Positions 10,828-24,694 are shown, counted from the stretch's first letter. The stretch: DNA of 64,000 nucleotides from Octopus vulgaris (GCA_951406725.2 OX597831.1:248001-312000), one strand, 5' to 3'. Numbers and translations: made by a program. Notes: generated by a model not told the origin, from the letters alone.

Positions 10828-13800
10828 ATAAATATATAATTATATTGAATGTATTTTTAAGTCCACCATTTCGTCAATCACAGCAACTTCCAAGCTTCAC
10901 TACTAATTCAGTTCTCTACTAAATTGCAAACTGTTAATAGTTTTGAAGAGGACACCTCAGCAACACTTTGGCATAAATAGTTTGAGATTTGGTTCAGTAG
11001 AAAAAAAGTTACATCAAAATATCTGCGACCTCAAGAGGGTCAGTAAGGCAGATATTCATCTTCGATTAACATAAATTTTTAAATTTTAAACTAAAAGTAT
11101 ACTTTTCTTAGGCTTAAATGATAGAAAAATGCATGAGGAATTCAGAATCGTTAATGTCGGTAAGTAAGGGAGTAATGCTTAAGCAATAAAAATAAAGAAT
11201 ATATTTCTAAAATGAATGTTTATATCCTAAAGCGTTGAGCTGGCAGAAACATTAACATGTCGGGGCGAAATACTTAGTGGTATATTGTCTGTCTTTACGT
11301 CTTGAGTTCAAATTTCGCCGAGGTCAACTTTGACTACAAATTATTTTATTTATTTTTTTTTTAACTAAACACTTTCAAACTTCCGATACTGGTAGAATGT
11401 GTCACATAGAACAAGGTTTATTGTTAACGTTTTTGACAAAGTTTTGTATTTTAGAAGTTATTTCGTCAGAAGTTACAGAGTGACAATGGACAGATTTGTG
11501 TTTTATAAGTGCCAATACATGAAACTCTCAGCTTTTGACTTACTCTCTAACTTCTGATATATATATGTAAAAATATCTCATCATGCAATTGAACCAATGA
11601 AAGAGCCTCTACCTGGTCTCTTGACACGCTAAAAATAGCAGCAAAAGTATCCCCCTACCTAAATCACACACCCATTGTCTGCAATGTCCTAGATTATCCC
11701 TAAAAAGATGGTTTGCTGAATGCTGGAATGTCTTTGATGACAGGTTTGCAGTATCAGGGTTGATTTGAGGCTAAAGAACATTATGCTGCAAATCCCTTAT
11801 TTGGGTTTGGAAAAAATGAGGTGGGATTTCTGCCTCCTTCCCAACCCCGGAATCATTGGAAATTTTTTTTTTTTTTTTTTGTTGAATGAATTCCTGTGAC
11901 CTAATATTGCAAAATTAGGTTACTTAAGGTATGCCTCGTAACTAATGGTTTTGGAGTCTTGTTGTTTGTAACTTTTGGAGAGCCATGGTGCAACCAACAA
12001 CATGGTAAAAATCTCTGCCATTAATTTGGTGTGGATGGGTAATATCAAATAATTCAATTACAACATATATTTAAATTAAACATTAAAAAAAATGAAATAT
12101 TATCATTACTTACATGGAAAAATTGAAATATTATCTTTTAGTATTTTATAAGGTAAAATCTGAAATTATCGACACATTATTATCTTATAACAGCAATGCT
12201 TGGAAAAATCATGGATTACATGGAAAAATGTGAGCATGAAAAGTAATAGATATATTCTTAAGATTATAAACCTGGAAAAGTATAGGACAAGCTATTACTT
12301 CTAGTAAAGTATAGAATAAGAAACTTTTTACTTAAAATATTGCATCTAAAATTGAAATTTGAATATTAAAACTTATTTTATTATAGTTTACAAATAACAC
12401 TATACTTATTTAGAAAAAAAGTGACTAATTAGAAAAACTTACAAATTAGCTGAACAGTTTTGTACAATAAATTTAAAAGATGAGAACTGTAAAGAGTGAT
12501 AAATTAGAAGAAACAGCATTTTTTCTGCAATATTTGAAGTAAAAAGTTTCTTATACTTTATTAGAAGTAATAGCTTGTCCTATATATACTTTTACAGGTG
12601 TAATAACTTGTCCTCTACTTTTCCAGGTTTATAATCTTAAGAATATTACTTTTCATGCTTGCATTTCTCCATGTAATAATGTGTGTGTGTGTGTGTGTCA
12701 CCACTTGACAACTGGTGTTGGTTTGTTACATCCCTGTCCTATTTTCTTCACCTTTTTTTTGTTGTATGACTCCCTAAAACTATGGTGAAATTCTTGTTGA
12801 AAAAGAATCATGGCCTCAGAGATAGAAGGCAAAATCTATCTTGAGATGTTGACACCATCAAATAGAATTGATTTTTTTTTTGCTCATGATCCTCTTCTGA
12901 GCTTAACTTAATGGCCACATCATTGATATTATTACTTAAAAAAAGGAAAAAAACCCCAGTTATTTTGCAATGTATCTTATGCAAACCGTCTTAGTAGTAT
13001 GTAAAAACAACCACTTCCTTATAGAAAATCCTTTAATACTTTTGTTACTTATAGTTCTGTTGAAATTTACTGACTTTATTTCAATTAATTTAGAAACTAA
13101 TGAATTTAGTAAAATAAGCTAGTGTTGGGAGCATAACTTAACATGAAATTTTGATGGAAGCTTTTAATTTAGGTCACCTTAGGTTCATATAGAATGAGAG
13201 GCAGTCTCGGCAGGTTGGTATCAAAAGAGTTAGACAACAGTACAGGCATTAGCTATTAGGGAAGCCAAATGTTGATTAAATAATTATACTTTATTCACGA
13301 AAATAAAATAAAAATATTCTTTTAAACATAAAACGTAAATAAAAAAAATATTCTTTATTCAGTGTGCTTTGTCGCTGATCTATGTTCTGTTTGTTATATC
13401 TGGTCACAAAGCTGTTAGTGACAACTGATTATCTCTCCTTATTTTGTCACTGTGCTGCAAGCTTCTGCTAGGTAAGTTGCTCAGCTTAAAGCCAGCTTCA
13501 GTGAAATAAATGGGTAAAAGAGAAAAGTACAACTATTGAGGATTATGATAGATTATTGTATGTTGTCTAGTAGTTACATTTTTGTGTTGTCATTGAAAGT
13601 CCTATTTTCCTCCTTTTTTTGTTGTATGACTCCCTAAAACTATGGTGCTTATGGTTTCTTGTTGAAAAAGAATCATTGGCCTGAAAGATAGAAGGCAAAA
13701 TCTATCTTGATGAGATGTTGACACCATCAAATTTATTAATTTTTCATGTGGATAAATATTTGTACTACATTTCAGAAACAAGAATCGATATACAAAAGAA

Positions 13801-13889
13801 ATATTCAACATGGATATAAGTGAAAGAAACAGGAATGTTTAGAATAAATATTTTTTTTTTCTTTGTAAATATTCCATTAATGGATTAGG

Positions 13890-14760
13890 TTTATATGGTA
13901 GCTGTTGTTTAGCTCCAGGTCAAGCAGACCTATGATTAATAACACTCCAGTTGTGACCATCCTGTCATTTGCTATATCACAGATTATAGTCATTGTTTGA
14001 TGTTTCATGGGATGGCATGATTTTGGGCAAATTTGACTGCTATTTCTAGTAGATGGAATGACCACAAAGTGACTCTTACCTGCCATAGATTCAACTGACA
14101 TAAAAATAACATGTAAACATATATACACCATCTAGTTTCATGTAGTACAATGTATGATGTTACACCTCAGCTCAGCTATGATCCAACACACCTGTGATCA
14201 ATGGCATTCCAGCCTTGACATACCATTTTGACACCATTATAGTTGGATGTGATTTGAGGAAAATTTGGTTGTTATTTATAGCTGGTGATATGACCACATA
14301 GTGGTTCTCTTAGCATTTGGTGCAGAAATGTAGTATATTTTTTGTTGCATTTTTAAAGATGGTAGGGAATGATTTGAAGGAAATTTGGCTGCTGTTACTA
14401 GCAGGTTAAGCAAACCACTCATTTGTTTGCAGTGTGTATATATAGTTCCTAGGTTAACCTTGTAGGCAGACCTATGATCAAAGGTGTTCCTGTTGTGAAC
14501 ATCTCATCTTTTTCCTTCTGTTAAGAGAACCCAGGATCACATTATCTGTGTCCATTTCAAGACAGTGTGTGTGACTTGAGGAAGACTTGACTGTTATTTC
14601 TAACAAATCATGCAACCACTTAGAGGCAGTTATTGACTTGTATAGTGGTGTGGTGTGACTTTTTGTTTTAAATGGTAGAGTGTGAGTTAAGGGTGATTGG
14701 GCTGTTATTTCTAGTAAGTTGAGTGACCAAGTAGGAGCTTCTTCACTGATTTAAAGTAAA
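13890..14760 (+). repeat. Tandem cluster of decayed copies of an old, abundant interspersed repeat
   Basis: About six recurrences of gatttgagg..atttggctgctatttctagcagg-like motifs. The same motif occurs at about 2255, 7175, 8400, 22850, 26860, 44920 and 45930. Confidence 0.6.
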
Positions 14761-14769
14761 GATAAAATT

Positions 14770-15015
14770 TCCTTCTTAAGTCTTGTCAACTCATAAGGGC
14801 TGGTTTCCTGGTTCCCATGGCATATATATTCCCCGACTGGACTGGATGCTGGCCCGTTGCAGGATTACTCATTTTTGCTAGCTGAGTGGATTGTAGCAAT
14901 GTGAAATGAAGTGTTTTGCTCAAGAACACAACTTGTTGGCTGGTCAAGGAATCGAAACCACAATCTTACGATCATAAGTTCAAAACCCTAACCACTAAGC
15001 CACCCACTTCCACTT
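14770..15015 (-). mobile_element. Older tRNA-derived SINE family D
   Basis: Minus strand reads gtggcttagtggttaggg...ggtttcgattcc...ttcttgagcaaaacact. A related copy is at about 32095-32300. Confidence 0.6.
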
Positions 15016-15267
15016 CCTCATTGATGCATGATGTATTGCTCTGCGATGCTGGTACAACCTGTATACACTTGCATAGCAACAACTGGTATTATTGTAGAGA
15101 CTGTTAACTATTCCTGATACAGGTGATAACTACTAGTATTATTTTAGGGACCTTGATGACTACAGGTGTCTGTAGGGACCTTGTTAGCACCCGTTCATCA
15201 TATTAGTAACAATGTTGTTGGGACCTTGTCAGTGACCATTCATAGCTGTCCTTATGAACTTCACAAA

Positions 15268-15783
15268 TCTATATATATAAAACTGTAGTTGTGTGAATGT
15301 CTGTCTCCTACGATTTAGATTCCTAACTCCTCCCACATTTTGCGGTGCAGTTTAACCAAATTCGGGTATCTTATAGTCGTGATTAATATCGAGCCTGTCT
15401 GGCTATTAGCGCGCGTCTACGATGAGTCTACGATTTTAAAATTAATTTAACATTTTTTTATTCCATTTTAATGCATAATTTTTCGTGTGTCGATGGCGGC
15501 GGAGTTGGCGTCCACGCTCAAACATCTGCACCTGTGTTTGCTTCTCCCCCTTCTTCCCTCCCTCGTGAAGCTGTGGGGAAGGGAGTTTAAGGAAAGCAAC
15601 GTCGTAATGCGTTGTCAAGGAGACCAGCGTTCTTTTAGAACAACGACTTCATGGCTTGAAGACACCAAAACAGAAATGGCTAAGAAAGCCCGAATTGGCA
15701 TCTATAAGGGAAGTAACTCTCTAAAAAATGCTTATATAGTTATTTCCCTTACAAACCCGAGCAACGCCGGGCGATACTGCTAG
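15268..15783 (+). mobile_element. Non-autonomous Helitron
   Basis: Starts A|TCTATATATATAAAA, has a subterminal hairpin cccg-agcaacgc-cggg (15756-15771) and ends CTAG|T. A/T target with no TSD. Confidence 0.88.
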
Positions 15784-15921
15784 TATGAAAATAAAAATTT
15801 CACCCTTTACTATTTAAAACGGCCACATCCAGCCCAAATATTCTACCCGTATTATGTTCAAAGCAGCTGGATCTGGCATCTCATTTATTCTGAAATGTCA
15901 TTCTAAAAATAAGTAATCAAA

Positions 15922-16343
15922 GGCGCGGGAGTGGCTGTGTGGTAAGTAGCTTGCTAACCAACCACATGGTTCCGGGTTCAATCCCACTGCGTGGCATCTT
16001 GGGCAAGTGTCTTCTGCTATAGCCCTGGGCCGACCAATGCCTTGTGAGTGGATTTGGTAGACGGAAACTGAAAGAAGCCCGTCGTATATATGTATATATA
16101 TATATGTATGTGTGTGTGTGTTTGTGTTTGTGTGTCTGTGTTTGCCCCCCTAGCATTGCTTGACAACCGATGCTGGTGTGTTTGCGTCCCCGTCACTTAG
16201 CGGTTCGGCAAAACAGACCGATAGAATAAGTACTGGGCTTACAAAAGAATAAGTCCCGGAGTCGATTTGCTCGACTAAAGGTGGTGCTCCAGCATGGCCA
16301 CAGTCAAATGACTGAAACAAGTAAAAGAGAGTAAAGAGAGTAA
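15922..16343 (+). mobile_element. SINE family A, full length, inserted in a piggyBac-type MITE (about 15802-16460)
   Basis: Head ggcgcgggagtggctgtgtggtaag, B box ggttcaatccc and tail (gtaaaagaga)n. The flanks match MITE family 2. Confidence 0.9.
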
Positions 16344-17954
16344 ATCACATCATTGAAATCGTGATGCTCTAAAACAGTGCATGGTGAATTCAAAGCAATG
16401 TGATGAAAAAAAAAAAAAGTAAGCTTTGCATTTGAGAGTAATCTGAATGCTAAAAGGTTAAAAACATAAAAATATGTAGTAACACAGAAAAATATTCTTA
16501 TGATTGACATTTTATTCAGTATGAACCTTGTCTCTTCTACATTCTGTAACATCTGCTTAGAATGATTATCTCTCCTTACACTATCAATGCAGTCACAGGC
16601 TTCTGATAGTTTGTAAGTCACCCAAGTTGAAAGCTAACTTGTGTACTGCTTTTGATGGTTATCACAGATCATCATCATCATATGCCAAGCAGTTTAAATT
16701 TCTGTGCTGTCCCTAAAAGTCAGGTTTTTATAAAAATTTTCACCAGACGCAGACATCGATGTGTGTGGTTAAGAAGCTTGGTTCTCATCCATGTTTCTTG
16801 GGTTCAGTCCCACTGCCCAGCACCTTGGGGAAGTGCATTCTACTATTGCCCTTGACTGACAAAAGCCTTGTGAGTGGATTTGGTAGACAGAAAGAAGCCT
16901 GTTGTGTCTGTGTATATCTTGTTTCACTTGTTAAACTTTGGCTATGCTGAGGCATGGCCTTGAAGAGTTGAACAAATCAACCCCAGTACTTATTTTTAAA
17001 AAGCCTGTCTCTTTTGCCCAACTGCTAATTTATGGGGACATAAATCAACATCTGTTGCCAAGCAGTGGTGGGTAACACGCACACGCAAAAAGGGTTCTTT
17101 CAGTTTCCATATAACAAATCCATTCACAAGTTTTGTTTGGCTTGAGGTTATAGTAGAAGACACTCTCCCAAAGTGCCATGCCTATATGTATTTATGTGTG
17201 TTTGTGGGTGGTACCTGTCTTGATATTGTGATGGTAGTAAATAAGTACCATTGTTATACAAGCTGCATCCTTTATTTTAGCCTTCTATGCAAAACATGAC
17301 CATTCATAGGGAATATTACATTGATTGGAAACAGGTGAGAGTTTCTACAACATCCAGTTGTACAAAAAATTTGCTTCAACAAATTGTCTAACTCATGCAA
17401 ACATGGAGAAGGGGATGTTGAAAATGATAATGATGAATCTGTTACTAAAACTGTGGTACCATATGGTTTACTGTAACAAGATGTGTCCTTGTTTAGCATC
17501 AAAGATGTTCTGGTTGGTTGCACTATCTTGGTGATACACCACTTTTTTCTCAAGTATGCTGACGGTGGTGAAAGTGGGTTAATGTCACAGTGCAGACGGT
17601 CTTATCACCAGACTCTTGTTGTACAGCTAACTGAGAGGCTAGCATTTCATATCCTGTGAGTTATAATCTTGTGAGATCTCTTTTTAGAAGAACACCACAG
17701 GTAACGTTCCTAGGTGGCCTTGTTTTCCCTGATAACTTGCTTTATTAGGAAGTTATAGAATTAAATGTATAGCTCCAATAGTGTACTTGTAGTGGATTTG
17801 AACTCAATATTTTAAGCAGTGGTAAGGTAGCAAGCTGACAGAATTGTTAGCATGCTGGGCAAAATGTTTAGCAGCATTTTGTTTGTCTTCATGCTCGAAG
17901 TTCAAATTCCACTGAGGTTGACTTTGCTTTTCATCCTTTTGGGGTAAATAAAGT

Positions 17955-18100
17955 GGTTGGCGTTAGGAAGGGCATCCAGCTGTAGAAACATTGCCAGATA
18001 AGACTGGAGCCTGGTGCAGCCTTCTGGCTTCCCAGATCCCCGGTCGAACCGTCCAACCCATGCTAGCATGGAGAACGGACGTTAAACGATGATGATGATG
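17955..18100 (+). mobile_element. RTE 3' tail inserted in a family B SINE
   Basis: Ends gttaaacgatgatgatgatg, is flanked by aaagt on both sides and interrupts the SINE B central domain. Confidence 0.8.
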
Positions 18101-18671
18101 AAAGTAAGTCCCAGCTGAGCTCTGGGGTCAATCTAATCGACTTAATCCACTCTCAAAATTGCTGGCCTTGTGCCAAAACTTGAAAGCAATATTTTAAGCA
18201 GTCGTTTTATACTATTATCCATTGACTAGTTCCACTTCTGTACTGGTGTGGTATTCACAGGTAGGGCTTGTGAAAATGTCCCCGACAGCTGTGATTACTC
18301 TGTGCAGGCTGTTACACTGCCCTTCGTACAATTAATGACTGCTCGTTTGAGTGTGCTATATGGTCCTCAGTTGGGAGGATGGGACGAAGGGGATGTGGTC
18401 TAACTGGAAGGATTGATTTTGAGGCCAGTTATTTGGTTGACTTCATGCTTGCGAAAGGACAGCTCGATCTGACTGACATGCATCTACATATGTGTTGTGT
18501 TTTGTGTGTTTAAGATGCGTGTGGTTGCAAATCAGAATACATGGCATGCAATTTTCTTATGTTTTGGATATTATTGAAGATAAGGTCCTAGCATGGCCGC
18601 TGAATCCTGTAAGAGAATTAAAGGATAATACATTGACAGAATTGGTAGAATGCTGGACGAGTTTACTATTG

Positions 18672-18709
<38 letters not shown>

Positions 18710-19540
18710 ACTTCAGTCACGGGCAGAGCTCCAGCATGGTCAAAACCGTTGGGCTGAAACATATATAAAAAAAAAAATTTTTTTCTAGATGCTTCTAAAA
18801 TATAGGATCTATTAAAATCCAGTGTAATTAGGTAGGTTCTGTATTGATGTGGTATAACTGAGGTCTTTGTTCTTTATTGGTCAGAGTTTACCATGTACTA
18901 ACTTGACCAGGAACTTTTCTCTCGAAGATGTGAGTCTATTCAAGTTTTATTGTGAAAAATCTGCAGTTCATGCATACAAATCGTCTCTGTACTACTGATA
19001 TTGTCTTAAGGTAAGGCCAATATAGCTTGGCACCAGTGGTGATGGATTTGACCATTTATATATGTTAGTAGTAGTAGTAAAAGAAGGTTATGTTGCAGTG
19101 ATCTGGAAGAATCATGAGAGTTTTGAACAAAAAACCCTTCCAGTACTTGTTCTAGCTTTTTAATCCCGCTGAAGTCAGCTTCACCTTTCATCCTTTTTGG
19201 GTTGCTAAAATAAGTATGAGTCGCATGCTCGAGTTGATGGTATTGACTAACCTCCCTAGGTATTTATGTCACATTAATTGTTGTTGGTTTGGCCATCAGA
19301 ATGCAGAGAGCCAGAATAGATACCATAAAGTATCTCACTTGATTCTTTAGCATTTCTCTCATTCCACTTCCCTGGGTTGGGATTTAAAATTTTTTTTATT
19401 TTTGTGTATTTGTTTTGACCCCAAAAGGCTAAAAAGAAAATTTGACCATAGCTAGATTTGAACTCCAAATGCAGAGATTAGGAACATATGCTGCAAGTCA
19501 TTTTATCCGACTTGTTAATGACAATGCTGATTTACCTATC

Positions 19541-20172
19541 ACATCATCATCATCATCATCATTTAGCGTCCGTTCCCCATGCTAGCATGGGTTGGACGGT
19601 TCAACTGGGATCTGTGAAGCTGGAAGGCTTCATCAGGCCCAGTCAGATCTGGCAGTGTTTCTACGGCTGGATACCCTTCCTAACGCCAACCACTCCGTGA
19701 GTGTAGTGGGTGCTTTTTACGTGCCAGACAGAGCTGGCAAACGGCCACGAACGGATGGTGCTTTTATGTGTCACCGGCACGGGGCCAGGCGAGGCTGGCA
19801 ACGGTCATGAACGGATGGTGCTTTTACGTGCCACCAACACGGGGGCCAGACAGAGCTGGCAAACGGCCACGAAACGGATGGTGCTTTTACGTGTCACCGG
19901 CACGGGGGCCAGGCGAGGCTGGCAACGGACACAAACAGATGGTGCTTTTACGTGCCACCAACACGGGGCCAGACAGAGCTGGCAAACGGCCACGAAACGG
20001 ATGGTGCTTTTACGTGTCACCGGCACGGGGGCCAGGCGAGGCTGGCAACGGACACAAACGGATGGTGCTTTTACGTGCCACCAACACGGGGGCCAGACAG
20101 AGCTGGCAAACGGCCACGAAACGGATGGTGCTTTTACGTGTCACCGGCACGGGAGCCAGGCGAGGCTGGCAA
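19541..20172 (-). mobile_element. RTE 3' tail with an expanded internal 61-bp minisatellite
   Basis: (CAT)n tail, then ggtgcttttacgtg-containing units at about 19709, 19757, 19817, 19880, 19941, 20003, 20064 and 20127. Confidence 0.9.
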
Positions 20173-20703
20173 TATATCTAAAAGAGAAAGGGAATAGTGT
20201 GTTTAGATTCATTCCTGGTCTGTACAGAATGCTGTGTCTTGGGTATTGGCCAAGTGCTGCTCAACAGTGTGGTAGGCTGACAGGGTATTATGTGCGTTCA
20301 TGATGACTTAAATTCCTAAAACAATTAGTGAAATCACGCTACATGTTGCAAGTTATATTCACTCATGAGTGATGGTTAGCTATACTTTTAATATACCTGA
20401 AATTCTTTGTATTTTTGGTAGTTTTTCCATGCTATCTTGTTGATAGACCAATAATATTGAGGCTCTATTCCAACCAGATGCTCTTCCTGTTGCTAACTCT
20501 TGCTCCTTTTTTAAGTAGCTTATATTCCACTTGTCATAGAAAACTCAGTGTTACAGAATGTTTTTTTTTTTTGTCAATATAACATTACTGTTTTTCGCTC
20601 AAGTGTTTGCCTTTCATGTTTGCCTTTCATGTTGAATGTAAACTCATAGACATACAAGCATGTACACATACACATGCATATATATGTGGTTGTATGTGAG
20701 TGA

Positions 20704-20761
<58 letters not shown>

Positions 20762-21450
20762 TTGTTTATATCTGTGTGCATGCAAGCTGCTCTTGTCTGG
20801 ATTTACTGCATTGTAATACAATATAGTATTCAATGACTTATTAGGCTTAATTATCATGGCTTTATTTTTTTATGTTTATACATCAGTTCTCTATATGGGT
20901 GTGTACGTACATATACGCATTCTGTTTTGGAAAAGTATATCTTAAAGCTTTATGTATCATAAAGCTATAAATAATAGCATGTAATTATTGGGTTGAAAAA
21001 TCTTAAGATAGAAAAATGGGTTTTTTCCCCAATCTTTACATGTTTTTCAAGTAAGAGCTCTCTTTATTCCACTTCTTTTCAATGTACAAAGCTACAGGAC
21101 TACTTTTTAATAATAGACATGATTGCCAAAGTGTCAAGCTTCCTTACACTTTCCATCTACTAATTCCACTCATAAGGCGTTATTGGCCTAAGGTTGCAGT
21201 AGAAGGCACTTGCTCATAAGGACACACACACAGTGAGATGGAACTTGAATTCCCATGATTACACAGTAAAGTGTTTGCACACAACTACAATGGTTGCATC
21301 TTAGTTGAAATAAAACACCAGTCAAGTATGAGGATTGAGTTTATTGAACAAAATTCTTCTGGCATTTCTTCTGGCTCTGCTGAGGTCAACTTTGCCTTTC
21401 ATCCTTTTGAAGTTAATAAAATAACATACCAGTCAAATATTTGGGTTAGT

Positions 21451-21663
21451 CTCTTTTACTTGTTTCAGTCATTTGACTGCGGCCATGCTGGAGCACTGCC
21501 TTTTTAATCGAGCAACTCGACCCCGGGACTTATTCTTTTTGTAAGCCCAGTACTTATTCTATCGGTCTCTTTTGCCGAACCGCTAAGTAACGGGGACATA
21601 AACACACCAGCATCGGTTGTCAAGCAATGCTAGGGGACAAACACAGACACACAAACACACACA

Positions 21664-21715
<52 letters not shown>

Positions 21716-21862
21716 TACGACGGGCTTCTTTCAGTTTCCGTCTACCAAATCCACTCACAAGGCCTTGGTCGGCCCGAGGCTATAGTAGAAGACACTTGCC
21801 CAAGGTGCCACGCAGTGGGACTGAACCCGGAACCATGTGGTTGGTAGACAAGCTACTTACCA
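21451..21862 (-). mobile_element. SINE family A
   Basis: Matches the other family A copies; the head is slightly truncated. Confidence 0.88.
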
Positions 21863-24104
21863 TCATTACTAGGAAACAAGTAAAAGAGTAAAAAAAAGAG
21901 TATATGTTATAGCAATGAGCTGGTAGAATCATTTGAGTACAGAAAATAAATGCTTTACAATATTTAGTCCAGCTCTTTGCATTCTGTGGTCAACTTTACA
22001 TTTCATCCTTTCTGGGTCAATAAAATAAAGTGTTGTACACTGGAGTTGACGGTATTGACTAAAAAACTGCTACTGTCAAAATCGCTGGCCTTGTGCTGTG
22101 CCTAAAACAGAACCCATTGTTGCCAGGTGTGTCACATACATAAATTGGCATTAGATATTTCAGATTATCTTCTTCATTTCTGTGTTCCATGCTGGTATGG
22201 GTTGGAGGGTCTGACAAGATTTGACAAACCAGAGGACTGCATTGAGCTCTCGTATCTGTTTTGGTATGATTTCTACAGTTGGATGCCCTTTCTAATGCCA
22301 GTCACTTTGCATAATGTACTGAGTGCTTTTTTTTTGTGGCACTGGCTCTAGTGAGATTGCCAAGTAACTAGCAAGACAAAATATTTCAACTAAGTATAGA
22401 TGTGATGTTGAAGGAAGTGGCTTTATGCCAGATGTTTAGGGACAGGGACAGACATCATGCTGGAGAGGAGATGCAAACTTATCCCAGCTGGAAAGGGAGA
22501 AAGGAAGGTGGTGAGGAGGTACTAAGGAGTACCCTCAAGGTATACCAGAAGGTGGATATGAAAGAATTAAAAGAAAAAAGTCTCTTTCATTTAATATTTT
22601 GTGTTTCATTCTGCTTTATTGATTTCAAAAATTTGTCTCTGGTTATGAAAATCTAGTTTAATATCTTTCTTTGGTATGTGTGTGTATGGGTGAGTGAGAG
22701 GAAGATGGAGTGTTGTGTTTATTACTTGGTCCTAAGTCAAAGGAGACCTGTGATCAAAATGTGTTCCAGTCATGGCCATCCCATCTTTCTCTTGAACATT
22801 GTGAAATTAAGACCACTTTATCAAATTTATCTCTCAAAGATTATAAGATCTGGCTGTTGTTTTTAGCAAATCAAATGATCACATAGAGGCTCATTCTTTG
22901 GCTTTTGTTTCAGAGTGTGCTTATATGTACTAACAGAAGTTTCCACATGCATATGTAGGCTACAGTGGTTTAGCCACGTCTGCAGGGTGAGCACTAGAAG
23001 ACAACCATGCTAACTTTTGTGGTGTCAGTGACCCGTGCAATGGAGAATCCAGTGCAACACAGCGCACCAAGGAAGACCTGAGTGAAACAAATTGAGGAAG
23101 GCCTGAAGTCATAGCGCCTCAGCCCCAAGCATGCCAAGGTCAGCATCACGGTCTGGAAAGCATGGAATAACATCATCACCAGAATCCATCATCAAGCAAC
23201 ATCCACTGCAGTGTATTGGTTGGGAGGACAGCTTCCCCCTCCGGTCGTCAACTAAGGATTTTACTTACTTCGCAGAAGTTGCAAACTCATACATTTGTTG
23301 TCCTTGTTACCACATGCATGCATGCACACACACACACACACACACACACACTCTCTCTCTCTCTTTCTCTGTGCAATTTACGATTGCATGTTTTCAGTTG
23401 TTTGATCAACTGAAGTATCTGGCTCATTGAATTATCCTCTCGGTGGCTCAATTTTCTACATACACACATACCCTTAATGTAATTCTCAGATGGAAACTGA
23501 GAGAAGCCTGTTGTATGAGTGTGTGTGTGTATTTGTTTCCTTGTTTTGAGATCATGTGATAGCTGTTTAAACCTTTTTATTACCATATTTTGGTTTTGTT
23601 GTTGTTGAGCTGATGTTTGGAACATAACATGAAATTTGGACAAGTTTTAATTTAGAGAACTTTAATCCTTTGGATGCCAGCTCATCTGAAACAGTCTGCA
23701 GTTGTGCAACACAAACTTCTTGTTTTATTAGTGATCTAAATTCAAACCTTCCAGTAAAATTTTATGTTATTTTATGATCCAAACACCAGCATAAGTTATT
23801 TTAATAAATTATTTTAAAATGTAATTGAAACAAAAGCGGTGTATTTCAAAAGCCATCATTATCCATCATCATCATCATTTAACAAGACTGCACCAGACTT
23901 CACTTTCGTTTTGGTATGGTTTTTACAGCTGGATGCCCTTCCTAATGGCACTTACTTTAGAGTGGCCTTAGGTGCTTTTTATGTGGCACCAGCACAGGAA
24001 GTTCAGCTCATAGAACCAGTGGTGGTCTGAGGCAAGTTATTACCAAAAGGGGTTAAAATGTGTATAATGTTGCTTATTTACTGAAACTTAGGGAACATAG
24101 ATGT

Positions 24105-24694
24105 ACTGTATTTTCAGGCATTTAAGGTGCACTCCAATTTTAGCAGGTCCTATCTGCAAGGGGGAAAAAAAAAACTAACCCTGAATCTCCTTGCTGAATG
24201 TCTTACATTTTCATGTAAGGAAGCATGAAAATTTAGACTGACACACTTTGGTAAGCTATTATGGTAGTCCAAGTTACACTAATTATCTTAACTCTATCAA
24301 ATATCTATTTCTTTATTACCCACAAGGAGCTAAACACAGAGGGGACAAACAAGGACAGACATAGGTATTAAGTCGATTACATCGACCCCAGTGCGTAACT
24401 GGTACTTAATTTATCGACCCCGAAAGGATGAAAGGCAAAGTTGACCTCGGCGGAATTTGAACTCACAACGTAACGACAGACGAAATACCGCTAAGCATTT
24501 CGCCCAGCATGCTAACGTTTCTGTAACTCTATCAAATATCACAACTAAGTTCCACTGTCACCAGTATTGTCCTTCGTTAATAACACTTGTCAAGTCTACC
24601 CAAAGCCTGACCCTCAGCATATAAGGTACAGGGGTACTTTAGAGAGGGAACTTTTGAAGAAAAAAAAAGCATGTCTTATATGCTGGAAAATATG
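24105..24694. mobile_element. Degenerate Tc2/pogo-like MITE containing a SINE insertion
   Basis: Ends ctgtattttcaggcatttaaggtgcac and tgtcttatatgctggaaaatatg are imperfect inverted repeats. Confidence 0.5.
24306..24523 (-). mobile_element. tRNA-derived SINE family B (central GCCTTTCATCCTTTCGGGGTCGATAAA domain), 5'-truncated, with 17-bp TSD
   Basis: Perfect TSD taactctatcaaatatc at 24289-24305 and 24524-24540. The central motif resembles the Meta/MESC-type conserved SINE domain (recalled, not verified). Confidence 0.88.

Noticed and set aside
19700-20172. CRISPR-like regularly spaced repeats and ORFs of 137-197 aa
   Set aside because: The spacers are themselves repeated, there are no cas genes, and the context is eukaryotic. 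It is a minisatellite in an RTE tail and the ORFs are repeat translations.
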